From Candidatus Rokuibacteriota bacterium (GTDB taxonomy: Bacteria > Methylomirabilota > Methylomirabilia > Rokubacteriales > CSP1-6): a stretch of DNA of 64,000 nt. The stretch is from positions 65,919 to 129,918 of the forward strand of contig QHSL01000062.1 of assembly GCA_003220435.1 (NCBI GenBank). The letters are read 5' to 3'. Positions 8,561 through 18,478 of this stretch are shown here, piece by piece. Position numbers and translations under genes: made by a program. Under the pieces are notes generated by a model. That model saw only the letters and a list, made by a program, of their open reading frames with translations, was not told the origin of the DNA and made no database searches. Numbering within the stretch: the first letter of the stretch is position 1; every line of letters starts with the position of its first letter.

Positions 8561-11500
8561 GCTTTCTCTCCCCGTTTGCGCTCGCGCTCTTTGCGCTCTC
8601 GGTCCCGCTGGTTCTGCTCTACTTCCTGAAGGTCCGGCGGCGCGAGCGCACAGTGTCGAGCCTCCTGCTGTGGCCGGGGTCGCTTCGCGACCGCGAAGCC
8701 TCGACGTTCTTCCAGCGGCTCCACCGCGATCCGCTCCTGATCCTTCAGCTGCTGGCGCTGCTGGCGCTCTGCGTGGCCCTGGCCCGCCCCGTCGCCACGG
8801 TGATGGGCCAGGGCTCGCGCAAGGTGGTCGTCGTCCTCGACAGCTCGGCGTCGATGCAGGCCCGGGACGTGACGCCCTCGCGCTTCGAGGTGGCGCGAGC
8901 CGCCGCCCTGTCGCTGGTACGCGGCCTCGGCGAAGGCGCCGAGGTGATGGTCATCGAGGCTGGCGTCCAGCCCAAGGTGCTGGCGGCGCTGGCCCGGGAC
9001 CGCGAGCGGGCACTGGCGGCGATCCGCTCGGCGCAGGCCCGCGACCTGCCGACGCGCCTCGGGGAGGCGGTGCGCACCGCGCGCGCCCTCGTGGCCGCCG
9101 AGCCGCGCGCCGAGATCCACGTCTTCACTGACGGCGCCTTCCCCGCGCTCCCCGAGCGCGATGTCGCCGATCCGCGGGTCCGGTGGGTGGGTGTCGGCCG
9201 GCGCAGCCAGAACGTGGCCATCACGAACCTGTCGATCCGGAAGACGTACTACGGCGCGTTCGACTACCAGGCATTCGTGTCTCTCGTGAACTATTCCGCG
9301 GAACCGCAGGCGTTCAGCTTCACGCTGGCGCTGGATGACAAGACGATCGCCGAGAAGGAAGTCACGCTCGAGCCGAGCGTCCGGCGCTCGGTCATGCTGC
9401 CGTTCAGCCACAGCGGGGGCGGCACCGTCACGGCGCGGCTGCGGATCAACGACGACCTGGCGGTCGACAACGTCGCCTACGCGGTCCTGCCGCCCCCCCG
9501 GAAGATTGGCGTCCTCCTCGTGAGCCCCGGCAACCTCTTCCTCGAAAAGGTGCTGCGGACCGATCCTCAAGTTTCGCTCGAGGTGCGCACGCCCGACCAA
9601 TACCAGGGCGGCATGGGCGACGCGGACGTCGTCGTGCTCGATTCGGTCTCGCCGCCGCGCGCTGGCGCCGGCCGGTTCATCTTCATCAACACGGTGCCGC
9701 CCGACGTGCCGATCGAGGTCCTGGGCCGACTCGAGCGCCCGACGATCATGGACTGGGATCGCTCCCACCCGGTGATGCGCCACGTCGAGTTCGCCAAGGT
9801 CACCATCGAGGATGCGGTGCGGATCCGCCCGCTGGCGGCCGGGCGCCCGGTGGTCGAGGCGGTCGGCGGCCCGCTCATCTATGCTCTCGAGGAGCCTGAT
9901 CGCAAGGCGCTCTTCGTCGGCTTCGACTTGTTCAAGACCGACTTCCCGCTGCGGATCGCGTTCCCGCTCGTGCTCTCGAATAGCCTGCGTTGGCTCCATC
10001 CGGCCGGGCTCGACCAGTCGAGCTTCCAGTTCGCGACCGGACAGCCGATTCTCCTGCCGGCACCGCACGGGGTGACGACCGTGACCGTGACCACCCCCAG
10101 CGGCCGCTCAGTGCAGGGGCGGGTCACCCGCGGCGTCCTGAGCTTCACCGAGACCGACGAGGCCGGGATCTACAAGCTCGTGACGGCACGCGGCGAGATG
10201 CGCGTAGCGGTCAACCTGATGGACGGCGACGAGTCGAACCTGGCGCCGCGGCCTCTCCCGATCGCGAGCGGGCCGGCTCCCGCTGCCGCCCCGGTTCCCG
10301 TCCAGCGCGAGCTGTGGCCGCTCTTCGTCATCGTGGCTCTGGTCCTTCTCGCCGGTGAAGGGCTCCTCTACTGGCGCCGGCAGAGCGCCGGGCAGCTCCG
10401 GATGCCGTCGAGCCCTGGCGATCGGTGGGCGCTGGCGCTGCGCACCGCACTGGTCGCGGTCCTGTGCCTCACGCTGCTCCGGCCGACGCTCCCGCGCTGG
10501 GTCGATCGCATGAACGTCGTGTTCCTGCTCGACCTGTCCGACAGCGTCAGCCTCGCGTCTCGAGAGCGTGCGTATCGCTTCGTCGCCGACGCGGTCCAGC
10601 ACATGAAGAGCGGTGACCGCAACGCCGTGATCGCCTTCGGAGAGCAGGCGGTGGTCGACCATCCGCTCGCGAGCCGGACCACCGTCGACCGCCCGAAGGC
10701 GCAGGTCGACGGGCGCGGCACGAACATCTTTCAGGCGATCCAGCTCGGGCTCGCGGTGCTGCCGCCCGGCTCCGCGAATCGCATCGTTATGCTGACCGAC
10801 GGCCGCCAGAACGCCGGCAGCGCCCTGGCCGGCGCGCAGGCCGCGAAGGACGCGGGCACCGACATCCACTATGTCGCCGCGCCGCTGACCTTCACGCAGG
10901 AGGTCGTCGCCGAGGCGATGGTGCTGCCGCACGAGGTGAAGTTCGGCGAGCCATTCCAGGCCAAAGTCGTGGTGTGGAGCCACCGGGGCACGGAGGGACG
11001 CCTCTCGCTCTTCCGCAACGGCGAGTTCTTGGGCTCGCAGGTCGTGCGGCTCACGGCCGGCAAGAACGTCTTCAGCTATCGCCAGTCGCTCGACACCAGC
11101 GGGATCCACGTCTACCAGGCGGCGATCGAGGTCGAGGGGGACACGATCGAGGAGAACAACCGGGCCGTGGGCGCGATCGTGGTGCGCGGCCGGCCCCAGG
11201 TGCTGCTCGCCGATCGCGACCGGGGCCACGCGCAGTCGCTGGCCGGCGCGCTGCGCTCGCAGAATATCGACGTGACGGTGGTCGAGCCGCCGCAGATTCC
11301 GACCGACCTGGCCGGGCTCCAGAAGTACGACGGGGTGGTGCTCTCCAACGTGTCGTCGCTCAAGCTGACGCGGCCGCAGATGGGCTATCTCAGGGACTAC
11401 GTCCGCGATTACGGCGGCGGCCTGGTCATGATCGGCGGCGAGGAGAGCTTCGGGCTCGGCGGTTATTACCGCACTCCGGTCGAAGAGGCGCTTCCGGTCA

Positions 11501-12930
11501 CGATGGAGGTGAAGCAGAAGGTCGAGATCCCGAGCCTGGCGGTGGTTCTCTCGATCGACCGCTCCGGCTCCATGGCGATGTCCACCGACGAGAAGGTCAC
11601 CAAGCTCGACCTCGCCAAGGAAGCCGCCCACCTCGTGGTCGACCTGCTCGATGAGCGCAACGAGGTCGGCGTGATGAGCTGGGACACCGAGTTCGTCTGG
11701 GACGCGCCGGTGCGGCCCGCGAAGGACAAGGGCGCGGTCCACCACGCGATCGCCACCATCAAGGCCGGCGGCGGAACGGACGGATATCCGGCGTTGAAGG
11801 AGTCGTACCAGGTCCTGTTCGAGCGGCCCGCCCTGCTCAAGCACGTGATCTTCCTGTCCGACGGACAGATGACCCGCGGCGACTTCCAGGGACTGCTGCG
11901 GCGCATGTCGAAGGACAAGATCACCGTGTCGACCGTGGCGATCGGCAAGGACGCCGACGTCCAGCTGATGGTCGACGTCGCCAAGTGGGGCCGCGGGCGC
12001 TTCTACTACACCGAGGACTCGCAGACGATCCCGCGCATCTTCACGCTCGAGACACAGCTGGCCTCGAAGGCCTCCCTGGTGGAGCAGCCGTTCAAGCCCC
12101 AGCTCACGGCGCCCGGCCACGAGGCGATCCAGGAGATCGACTGGAAGAACGCGCCACCGCTCGGCGGGTACGTCGCGACCACGCTGAAGTCGAGCGCCGA
12201 CCTGGTCCTGATGAGCCACCAGGAAGACCCGGTGCTCGCGACCTGGCGCTATGGTCTCGGACGCTCCGTCGCGTTCACGTCCGACGCCAAGGCCAAGTGG
12301 GGCGTCCTCTGGCTGCGCTGGCGCGAGTTCAACCGCTTCTGGGCCCAGCTGATCCGCTGGACGCTCCGGAGCGGCACACGCAGCGACACGGTCGCCATCG
12401 TCGAGCGCCGCGAGAACATGGGCGAGATCGTCGTGGACGCCGTCGACCCCAAGGGCGAGTTCATCAACTTCCTGGACTCCCAGGTGGGCGTGGTTGCGCC
12501 GAACCGCGAGCGGATCGTGATCGACCTCGAGCAGGTCGGTCCCGGGAAGTACCGCGGCCGGTTCCCGGCGGCGCAGGAAGGCGTCTACCTGGTGGGCATG
12601 GCCCAGCGCCGGAACGACCGGGTCGTTGGTTCGCAGCTCGCGGGACTGGTGGTACCGTACGCTCAGGAGCTTCGCGATCTCGGAGTCGACGAGACCCTCC
12701 TGCGCGAGCTGGCGGAGCTGACGGGCGGGTCGGCGCTCGCGAAGCCAGAGGACGCGTTTTTGACGGCGCGGCGGCAGTCGCGCATCGCGGTCGAGATTTG
12801 GCCGTGGCTGGTGGGGCTGGTCGCGCTGATGCTCGTGCCGGACGTCGCGCTGCGTCGCATCGGTCCCGGCGCGTTCTCGCGGGTGGCCCTGTTCATTCGC
12901 CGGAGGCTCCGGGTGAGGGAGGTGCCCTGA
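8557..12930 (+). CDS. Giant BatA-N-terminal / triple von Willebrand factor A / GATase1(ThuA)-like fusion membrane protein
   Basis: 1457 aa. N-terminus MSFLSPFALALFALSVPLVLLYFLKVRRRE (aerotolerance-regulator BatA N-terminal type). Three MIDAS motifs (VVLDSSASM; FLLDLSDSVS; LSIDRSGSMAM). Central region IDVTVVEPP...YDGVVLSNVS...GGGLVMIGGEESF resembles a class-I amidotransferase/ThuA-like fold. Predicted internal and C-terminal TM helices. Confidence 0.8.
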   Translation: MSFLSPFALALFALSVPLVLLYFLKVRRRERTVSSLLLWPGSLRDREASTFFQRLHRDPLLILQLLALLALCVALARPVATVMGQGSRKVVVVLDSSASMQARDVTPSRFEVARAAALSLVRGLGEGAEVMVIEAGVQPKVLAALARDRERALAAIRSAQARDLPTRLGEAVRTARALVAAEPRAEIHVFTDGAFPALPERDVADPRVRWVGVGRRSQNVAITNLSIRKTYYGAFDYQAFVSLVNYSAEPQAFSFTLALDDKTIAEKEVTLEPSVRRSVMLPFSHSGGGTVTARLRINDDLAVDNVAYAVLPPPRKIGVLLVSPGNLFLEKVLRTDPQVSLEVRTPDQYQGGMGDADVVVLDSVSPPRAGAGRFIFINTVPPDVPIEVLGRLERPTIMDWDRSHPVMRHVEFAKVTIEDAVRIRPLAAGRPVVEAVGGPLIYALEEPDRKALFVGFDLFKTDFPLRIAFPLVLSNSLRWLHPAGLDQSSFQFATGQPILLPAPHGVTTVTVTTPSGRSVQGRVTRGVLSFTETDEAGIYKLVTARGEMRVAVNLMDGDESNLAPRPLPIASGPAPAAAPVPVQRELWPLFVIVALVLLAGEGLLYWRRQSAGQLRMPSSPGDRWALALRTALVAVLCLTLLRPTLPRWVDRMNVVFLLDLSDSVSLASRERAYRFVADAVQHMKSGDRNAVIAFGEQAVVDHPLASRTTVDRPKAQVDGRGTNIFQAIQLGLAVLPPGSANRIVMLTDGRQNAGSALAGAQAAKDAGTDIHYVAAPLTFTQEVVAEAMVLPHEVKFGEPFQAKVVVWSHRGTEGRLSLFRNGEFLGSQVVRLTAGKNVFSYRQSLDTSGIHVYQAAIEVEGDTIEENNRAVGAIVVRGRPQVLLADRDRGHAQSLAGALRSQNIDVTVVEPPQIPTDLAGLQKYDGVVLSNVSSLKLTRPQMGYLRDYVRDYGGGLVMIGGEESFGLGGYYRTPVEEALPVTMEVKQKVEIPSLAVVLSIDRSGSMAMSTDEKVTKLDLAKEAAHLVVDLLDERNEVGVMSWDTEFVWDAPVRPAKDKGAVHHAIATIKAGGGTDGYPALKESYQVLFERPALLKHVIFLSDGQMTRGDFQGLLRRMSKDKITVSTVAIGKDADVQLMVDVAKWGRGRFYYTEDSQTIPRIFTLETQLASKASLVEQPFKPQLTAPGHEAIQEIDWKNAPPLGGYVATTLKSSADLVLMSHQEDPVLATWRYGLGRSVAFTSDAKAKWGVLWLRWREFNRFWAQLIRWTLRSGTRSDTVAIVERRENMGEIVVDAVDPKGEFINFLDSQVGVVAPNRERIVIDLEQVGPGKYRGRFPAAQEGVYLVGMAQRRNDRVVGSQLAGLVVPYAQELRDLGVDETLLRELAELTGGSALAKPEDAFLTARRQSRIAVEIWPWLVGLVALMLVPDVALRRIGPGAFSRVALFIRRRLRVREVP

Positions 12931-14282
12931 TGCGCGGACTCGACCGACGGTCGCGGCTCCTCGCAATGGCTGCGATCCTCCTCACGCTGGTCGTCGCGAG
13001 CGGAGCGGATGCGGCCGACCCGAAGCTCCGCGTGGTCTTGATCGTGCCGTTCGACGCGACGGGGCTCGAACGGGAGGAGCAGTGGGCGGCCGAGGGGATC
13101 GCGCAGATCCTGACCCTCGGCCTCGCGCAGCATCCGACGTTCGTTCAGACCGAGCGCGCGCGCTTGCGCAGCATGGGGCACAGTGACGTCTGGGGCGAGG
13201 CCGTCCTCACCCAAGCGGCGCGCGCGGTGCGCGCCGACGCCGTCCTCTTCGGTCGCATCGAGCGTCGGGGGACCGATCTGGCGGTGCTCCCGCAGCTCCT
13301 GGAGGTGAAGTCCGGAGGGACCGACGTCGTCACGCTCGACCCCCTGACCACGCCGTCGGGCGAGCTGCTCGGCCGCCTCGCGGCGCTGCCGGTGGCGTAC
13401 GCGCGTGCGCTCCGCGTCACCCTGAGCGACGCCGACGCGGCCCGCATCGACAAGGCCTCGCGACCGACGCGGTCGCTTCGGGCGTTCGAGTTCTTCGCGC
13501 GGGGCCAGGTCGCGGCGATGCGCGGCGACCAGGAGAGCAACGAGGCAGCGGTCGACCTCCTGTCGCGCGCGATCGAAGCCGATCCGAGCTTCGTGGTGGC
13601 GCACTACACGCTCGGCGTCGTTCACTCCGCGCTCGGCAACCGCTGGAAGGCCGCCGCGCAGTTCCGCGCGTCGGCGCAGCTCGACGCACAGTATCCGGAG
13701 CCGATGAAGGCGCTCGGCGACCTGTACCTCTCCCAGCCGCGGCGCCTGTTTGATCAGGCGATCGAGGCGTACGTCAAGGCCATCGAGCTCCGACCGTTCT
13801 TCGCCGACGCCTACGTCGGACTCGGCGACGCCAAGGCGGCGAAGAGCGACGTCGACGGGGCGATCGCCGCCTACCAGAAGGCGCTCGTCTACAACCCGGT
13901 CAACCCGCGCGTTCACATGAGCCTCGGCCGGATCTACTACGGGGAGAAGGGTCTCTACTACGAAGCGGTCACCGCGTACAAGAAGGCGATCGACCTCGAT
14001 CCGCACTCGGTCGAAGCGCGCATGGGTCTCGGCGAGGTCTACGAGGAGAAGGGCCTCTACAAGGAGGCGATCGAGGAGTACCGGCGCGTCATCGAGATCG
14101 ACGGCAAGCACACCGGCGGCATGTACAATCTCGCGCTCGTCTACGAAAAGGTCGACCCTCGAGCCGCGATCGCCCAGTGGGAGCGCTACATCGAGCTCGC
14201 CTCGCCGCTGGCGACGGAAAAGGACTGGGTCGACGTCGCCCGCCAGCATCTGAGGAAACTGAAAAGTCAGATCAAGGACTAG
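12930..14282 (+). CDS. TPR-repeat protein (BatC-like), secreted or membrane-anchored
   Basis: MRGLDRRSRLLAMAAILLTLVVASGADA signal-like N-terminus. Multiple TPR units (AYVKAIELRPFFADAYVGLGDA, AYQKALVYNPVNPRVHMSLGRIY, AYKKAIDLDPHSVEARMGLGEVY, EYRRVIEIDGKHTGGMYNLALVY). ATG 12930 overlaps the preceding stop (TGATG); RBS gggagg upstream. Confidence 0.8.
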   Translation: MRGLDRRSRLLAMAAILLTLVVASGADAADPKLRVVLIVPFDATGLEREEQWAAEGIAQILTLGLAQHPTFVQTERARLRSMGHSDVWGEAVLTQAARAVRADAVLFGRIERRGTDLAVLPQLLEVKSGGTDVVTLDPLTTPSGELLGRLAALPVAYARALRVTLSDADAARIDKASRPTRSLRAFEFFARGQVAAMRGDQESNEAAVDLLSRAIEADPSFVVAHYTLGVVHSALGNRWKAAAQFRASAQLDAQYPEPMKALGDLYLSQPRRLFDQAIEAYVKAIELRPFFADAYVGLGDAKAAKSDVDGAIAAYQKALVYNPVNPRVHMSLGRIYYGEKGLYYEAVTAYKKAIDLDPHSVEARMGLGEVYEEKGLYKEAIEEYRRVIEIDGKHTGGMYNLALVYEKVDPRAAIAQWERYIELASPLATEKDWVDVARQHLRKLKSQIKD

Positions 14283-14381
14283 CGCGCAGCGCGCCTCGTG
14301 CCCCGTGCGAGTCGTTTACGGGGGCCTCACCCTGAATGTATGCCGGACACCGTCGGGCCGACGGGTATCATGGCCTGAGCA

Positions 14382-15404
14382 GTGGCGAAGCCTGGGCCTT
14401 CGGAGGATGGTGTGGACGAGCTGAGAAAGGATCCGACGCGCGGCCGTTGGGTCCTGATCCGCCCGAAGGCGAAGCCGTCCAGGTCGACGGATTGTCCGTA
14501 CTGTCCAGGCGCTGAGCATCTGACCGGACCGGAGATCGCCGCGTATCGTCCAGAGGGCCCGAACGCCAACGGCCCGGGGTGGACGGTGCGGGTCGTGCCG
14601 GAGCCCGACGCGTACTTCCGCATCGAGTGGGAGCTTGTACGAGAGGGCGTCGGGATGTTCGACATGATCAACCCCCGCGGCGCCAGCGAGCTGGTCGTGG
14701 AGTCGCCGCGCCATGACGACACGCTGGCGACGATGGAGCCCCACCACGTCGAGTCGGTGCTGTGGATGTACCGCGACCGGCTCGTCGACTTGAAGCGCGA
14801 CGGCCAGATCCGCGACATCCTCGTCTCACGCCGGCACAAGAAGCCGGGGGTGGCGCCGCATCATCCGTACTCGCGGGTGACCGCGATCCCGATCGTGTTC
14901 GACGAGATGCGCCGCGAGCTCCGCGAGGCGCGCGAGTACTACCAGTACAAGCGCCGCTGCCTCTACTGCGACATCGTCCGCCAGGAGATCGGCGCCGAGG
15001 AGCGCGTGGTGCGACTCACGGCGGCCTTCGCCGCGATCGTTCCGTATGCGCCGCGCGTGCCGCATGAGACGTGGGTCGTGCCGCGACAGCACGACTGCTC
15101 GTTCGAGGAGGCGCTGAAGGGGGAGACCGCCGCCGACCTTGCGCGTCTGCTCAGCGACTACTTCCGTACGCTCGAGCGTGAATTCGGCGACCCCGGGTAC
15201 GAGCTGGTGCTCCACACCGCGCCCAATCTCCGGTCGCGGATCCTCCAGGGCGATTGGGCGACGATTCGCGACGATTATCACTGGCACATCGAGATCACGC
15301 CCGAGCGGGAGCGCGCGAACCGTATCGGCGGCATCTACATCAATGAGACGCCACCGGAAGTCTCGGCGGCGGCGCTGCGGCGCGCCTGGCCCGATCAGGG
15401 ATAG
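14382..15404 (+). CDS. Galactose-1-phosphate uridylyltransferase family (HIT superfamily, GalT-like / nucleotidyl-hexose phosphorylase)
   Basis: CPYCPG zinc motif and HHPYSRVTA (H-x-H active-site region). ORF track start is GTG 14382. GTG 14412 (VDELRKDPTRGRWVLIRP, RBS ggagga) matches typical GalT N-termini better. 3' end overlaps convergent gdh by 10 nt. Confidence 0.75.
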   Translation: MAKPGPSEDGVDELRKDPTRGRWVLIRPKAKPSRSTDCPYCPGAEHLTGPEIAAYRPEGPNANGPGWTVRVVPEPDAYFRIEWELVREGVGMFDMINPRGASELVVESPRHDDTLATMEPHHVESVLWMYRDRLVDLKRDGQIRDILVSRRHKKPGVAPHHPYSRVTAIPIVFDEMRRELREAREYYQYKRRCLYCDIVRQEIGAEERVVRLTAAFAAIVPYAPRVPHETWVVPRQHDCSFEEALKGETAADLARLLSDYFRTLEREFGDPGYELVLHTAPNLRSRILQGDWATIRDDYHWHIEITPERERANRIGGIYINETPPEVSAAALRRAWPDQG

Positions 15405-16657
15405 AGGCCGCGGACCTTGTAGCCCTCCGCCACCCGGCGGATGCCTTCCATGAGCGCGGCCGTCCGGAGATCGACACCCTCCTTGGTCGCGAGCGCCCAC
15501 ACCCGGTTGAAGGCCCGCGTCATCACTTCTTGAAGCCGCGACGTGATCTCGCTCTCGCGCCAGAAGTAGTACTGGAGTCCCTGCACCCACTCGAAATACG
15601 ACACGATCACGCCGCCGGCGTTGGCGAGGATGTCGGGGATGACGGTGACGCCGCGGTCGCGCAGGATCACGTCGGCCTCCGGCGTCGTCGGCCCGTTGGC
15701 GCCCTCGGCGACAATGGTGGCCTTGATCCGATCGGCGTTGTCCTCGCGGAGCTGCGATCCGATCGCCGCCGGAATCAGGATGTCGCACGGCTGCTCGAGG
15801 ATCTGCGTGTTCGAGATCGGCTCGGTATCGGGGAACCCGCCGACGCCACCGGTGGCGGCGACGTGGGCCTCGAGCTGTCGGATGTCGAGCCCCTTCGCGT
15901 TCCAGATCCCGCCCTTGACGTCGCTGACCCCCGTGACCACACAGCCCTCGCGCCAGAGGAGCCGAGCCGCCACCCCGCCAACGTTGCCGAACCCCTGCAC
16001 GACGACCTTCTGGTCGCGCAGCTGCTGGCCGAGGACCCGCGTTGCCTGGTAGAGCGCGTACACGATCCCACGCCCCGTCGCCTCGCGGCGGCCGGCGGAG
16101 CCGCCCACGATCAGCGGCTTGCCCGTGACGACCCCGGGTACGCTCTTGCCCTGGGTCATCGAGTAGGTGTCCATCATCCACGCCATCGTTTGCTCGTCGG
16201 TGCCGAGATCTGGAGCCGGGATGTCCAGATCGGGACCGATCAGCAGCATGATCTCGGTGGTGTACCGCCGGGTCAGATGCTCGCGCTCTCGGGCAGACAT
16301 CGCCCGGGGATTGCAGGTCACCCCACCTTTGGCGCCGCCGTACGGCAGGCCCACCAGGGCACACTTCCAGCTCATCAGCATCGCGAGGGCCGTGACCTCC
16401 CCGAGGTTCACCTCGAGGTCGTATCGGAGGCCACCCTTGGTCGGGCCGAGTACCGTGCTGTGGTGGACTCTATACCCCTGGAAAACCTGGGTTTTTCCAT
16501 CGTCCATCCGAACCGGGATCGAGACGATGAGAGCGCGCCGGGGGTGCCGAAGCCTCTCGTGAATGTCGGGCTCCAGCTGGAGTTTTCCTGCCACGCGATC
16601 GAGCTGGGCCAGGGCCGTCCGGTACAGGTGGGACTCGAACTCGGTTTTCTCGGTCAT
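15395..16657 (-). CDS. gdhA: Glutamate dehydrogenase (Glu/Leu/Phe/Val dehydrogenase family)
   Basis: KGGLRYDLEVNLGEVTALAMLMSWKCALVGLPYGGAKGG (catalytic Lys region) and GFGNVGG NAD(P)-binding motif. Confidence 0.9.
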   Translation of the reverse strand: MTEKTEFESHLYRTALAQLDRVAGKLQLEPDIHERLRHPRRALIVSIPVRMDDGKTQVFQGYRVHHSTVLGPTKGGLRYDLEVNLGEVTALAMLMSWKCALVGLPYGGAKGGVTCNPRAMSAREREHLTRRYTTEIMLLIGPDLDIPAPDLGTDEQTMAWMMDTYSMTQGKSVPGVVTGKPLIVGGSAGRREATGRGIVYALYQATRVLGQQLRDQKVVVQGFGNVGGVAARLLWREGCVVTGVSDVKGGIWNAKGLDIRQLEAHVAATGGVGGFPDTEPISNTQILEQPCDILIPAAIGSQLREDNADRIKATIVAEGANGPTTPEADVILRDRGVTVIPDILANAGGVIVSYFEWVQGLQYYFWRESEITSRLQEVMTRAFNRVWALATKEGVDLRTAALMEGIRRVAEGYKVRGLYP

Positions 16658-16672
16658 GTCGGGCCTTTCCGG

Positions 16673-16701
16673 TTGACGGCAGCCGATACTAGTGTGAGAA
16701 T
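16673..16701 (+). promoter_or_regulatory. Sigma-70-like promoter upstream of iscR (TTGACG-N17-GAGAAT)
   Basis: Seen in the sequence; 17-nt spacer; 88 nt upstream of the iscR ATG. Confidence 0.4.
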
Positions 16702-16718
16702 GCGACTGAAAAGGTCGC
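16702..16718 (+). promoter_or_regulatory. Candidate IscR (Rrf2) operator: imperfect inverted repeat GCGACTgaaaagGTCGC immediately downstream of the -10
   Basis: Resembles the GACT-N-AGTC core of type-1 IscR boxes. The position overlapping the promoter fits autorepression. Confidence 0.3.
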
Positions 16719-16788
16719 CGATCAAATTGGTCGGGGACAAGGACCTTGCTTCTACAAGGGATTCGATCGGAACGAGGGTCAGCACACG

Positions 16789-17217
16789 ATGCTCCGCTTC
16801 ACCAAGCGCGCCGATTACGGGCTGATGGCGATTCATTATATCGCCGTCCACGACGAGCTCGGTGCCGTCAGTGCCAAGCGGATCGCTGAGGAATTCGCCA
16901 TTCCGCCGGAGCTGCTCGCAAAGATCCTGCAGCGCCTGGCGAAGCGCCGGCTGATCGTCAGCCAGAACGGCCCCAAGGGGGGCTACGTGCTGACGCGCCA
17001 TCCGAACGACATCTCGGTCGGCGAGGTCGTCCGGGCCCTCGAGGGACCCATCAGCATCGTGAGCTGTCTCGACCACAGCGGTTGCCCGCAGGAGCAGCGC
17101 TGCAACTTACGACGACCCGTGCAGAAGCTCCAGTCGTCGATCAGTCGGCTGCTCGATACGATGAGCCTGGCCGAGCTGACTAACCAGGACACGCCCGAAG
17201 TGGTGTCGATCAAGTGA
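16789..17217 (+). CDS. iscR: Fe-S cluster assembly transcriptional regulator IscR (Rrf2 family)
   Basis: N-terminal Rrf2 wHTH (MLRFTKRADYGLMAIHYIAV...). Cluster-ligand spacing C-x5-C-x5-C (SCLDHSGCPQEQRC). Heads the isc operon. Confidence 0.85.
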   Translation: MLRFTKRADYGLMAIHYIAVHDELGAVSAKRIAEEFAIPPELLAKILQRLAKRRLIVSQNGPKGGYVLTRHPNDISVGEVVRALEGPISIVSCLDHSGCPQEQRCNLRRPVQKLQSSISRLLDTMSLAELTNQDTPEVVSIK

Positions 17218-17239
17218 TCACGCGAGACGGAGAGGGCCG

Positions 17240-18466
17240 ATGGCGCTGAAGTTCCCGATCTTCATGGATGCGCAGTCCACGACGCCGGGGGATCCGCGGG
17301 TGGTCGAGGCGATGATCCCCTACTTCACCGAGAAGTTCGGTCACGCCGCGAGCCGTAACCACTCCTTCGGCTGGGAGGCGGAAGCCGGGGTGGATCGCGC
17401 GCGCGAGCAACTGGCCAAGATCATCGGCGCCCGGGACCCGAAGGAAATCGTGTTCACCTCGGGCGGGACCGAATCGATCAACCTCGCGATCAAGGGCGTC
17501 GCCGAAATGTACCGTGAGAAGGGCAATCACATCGTCACCACCGTCATCGAGCAGCGGGCGAGCCTCGACGTCTGCAAGCGGCTCGAGCGTCACGGCTACG
17601 AGGTGACGTACGTCCCGGTGCGACCCGACGGGCTCGTGGAGCTCGAGGCGATCCAGAAGGCGATCACCGACCGAACGATCCTCATCTCGGTCATGGTCGC
17701 GAACAACGAAGTCGGCACGATCCAGGATATCGCGGCGATCGGCCGGCTCGCCAAGGAGAAAGGGATCATCTTCCACGCCGATGGAACGCAGGCGGTCGGC
17801 AAGATCCCCCTGAACGTGGAGACGATGGGGATCGACCTGCTGTCGTGCACCGCCCACCTGATCTATGGTCCCAAAGGGGTCGGCGCGCTGTACGTGCGGC
17901 GCAAGGGGCCGCGGGTGCGTATCGCGCCGCTCATCGACGGTGGCGGCCACGAGCGCGGGATGCGCTCCGGAACGCTGCCGGTGCCGCTGATCGTCGGCTT
18001 CGGACGGGCGGCCGAGATCTGCGGCGAGGTCATGGCCGAGGAGAGCGCTCGGCTCGCGAAGCTACGCGATCGGTTGCAAGACATGATCCTCTCCAATGTC
18101 GACGAGGCGTTCCTCAACGGGCACCCGGAGCGGCGGCTGCCGCACAACCTGAATATCTCGTTCGCGTACGTCGAGGGTGAGTCGGTGCTGATGGGGCTGA
18201 ACAAGGAGACCGCGCTCTCCTCGGGCTCGGCGTGCACCTCGTCGACGCTGGAGCCGTCGTACGTGATTGGTGCGCTCGGGGCGAGTGCCGAGCTCGCCCA
18301 TTCGTCGATCCGGTTCAGCCTGCATCGGTTCACCACCGAGGAAGAAGTCGAACATGTCGGGGCGCGGACGATCGAGGTCGTCAAGCGCTTGCGGGAGATG
18401 TCGCCGCTGTACGAGCTGGCGAAAGAGGGCGTGGATCTGAAGTCCATCCGCTGGAAGGCCGAGTAA
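17240..18466 (+). CDS. iscS: Cysteine desulfurase IscS
   Basis: Class-V aminotransferase fold with PLP-Lys region and SSGSACTS active-site Cys loop. Synteny with iscU/iscA. Confidence 0.9.
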   Translation: MALKFPIFMDAQSTTPGDPRVVEAMIPYFTEKFGHAASRNHSFGWEAEAGVDRAREQLAKIIGARDPKEIVFTSGGTESINLAIKGVAEMYREKGNHIVTTVIEQRASLDVCKRLERHGYEVTYVPVRPDGLVELEAIQKAITDRTILISVMVANNEVGTIQDIAAIGRLAKEKGIIFHADGTQAVGKIPLNVETMGIDLLSCTAHLIYGPKGVGALYVRRKGPRVRIAPLIDGGGHERGMRSGTLPVPLIVGFGRAAEICGEVMAEESARLAKLRDRLQDMILSNVDEAFLNGHPERRLPHNLNISFAYVEGESVLMGLNKETALSSGSACTSSTLEPSYVIGALGASAELAHSSIRFSLHRFTTEEEVEHVGARTIEVVKRLREMSPLYELAKEGVDLKSIRWKAE

Positions 18467-18478
18467 GGGGGTTGAGCC

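Noticed and set aside
10108-12966. 952-aa ORF on the - strand (and the similar 12663..14249 - ORF)
   Set aside because: Antisense to the 1457-aa VWA protein and the TPR gene. Same GC-artefact composition with no domain signal.
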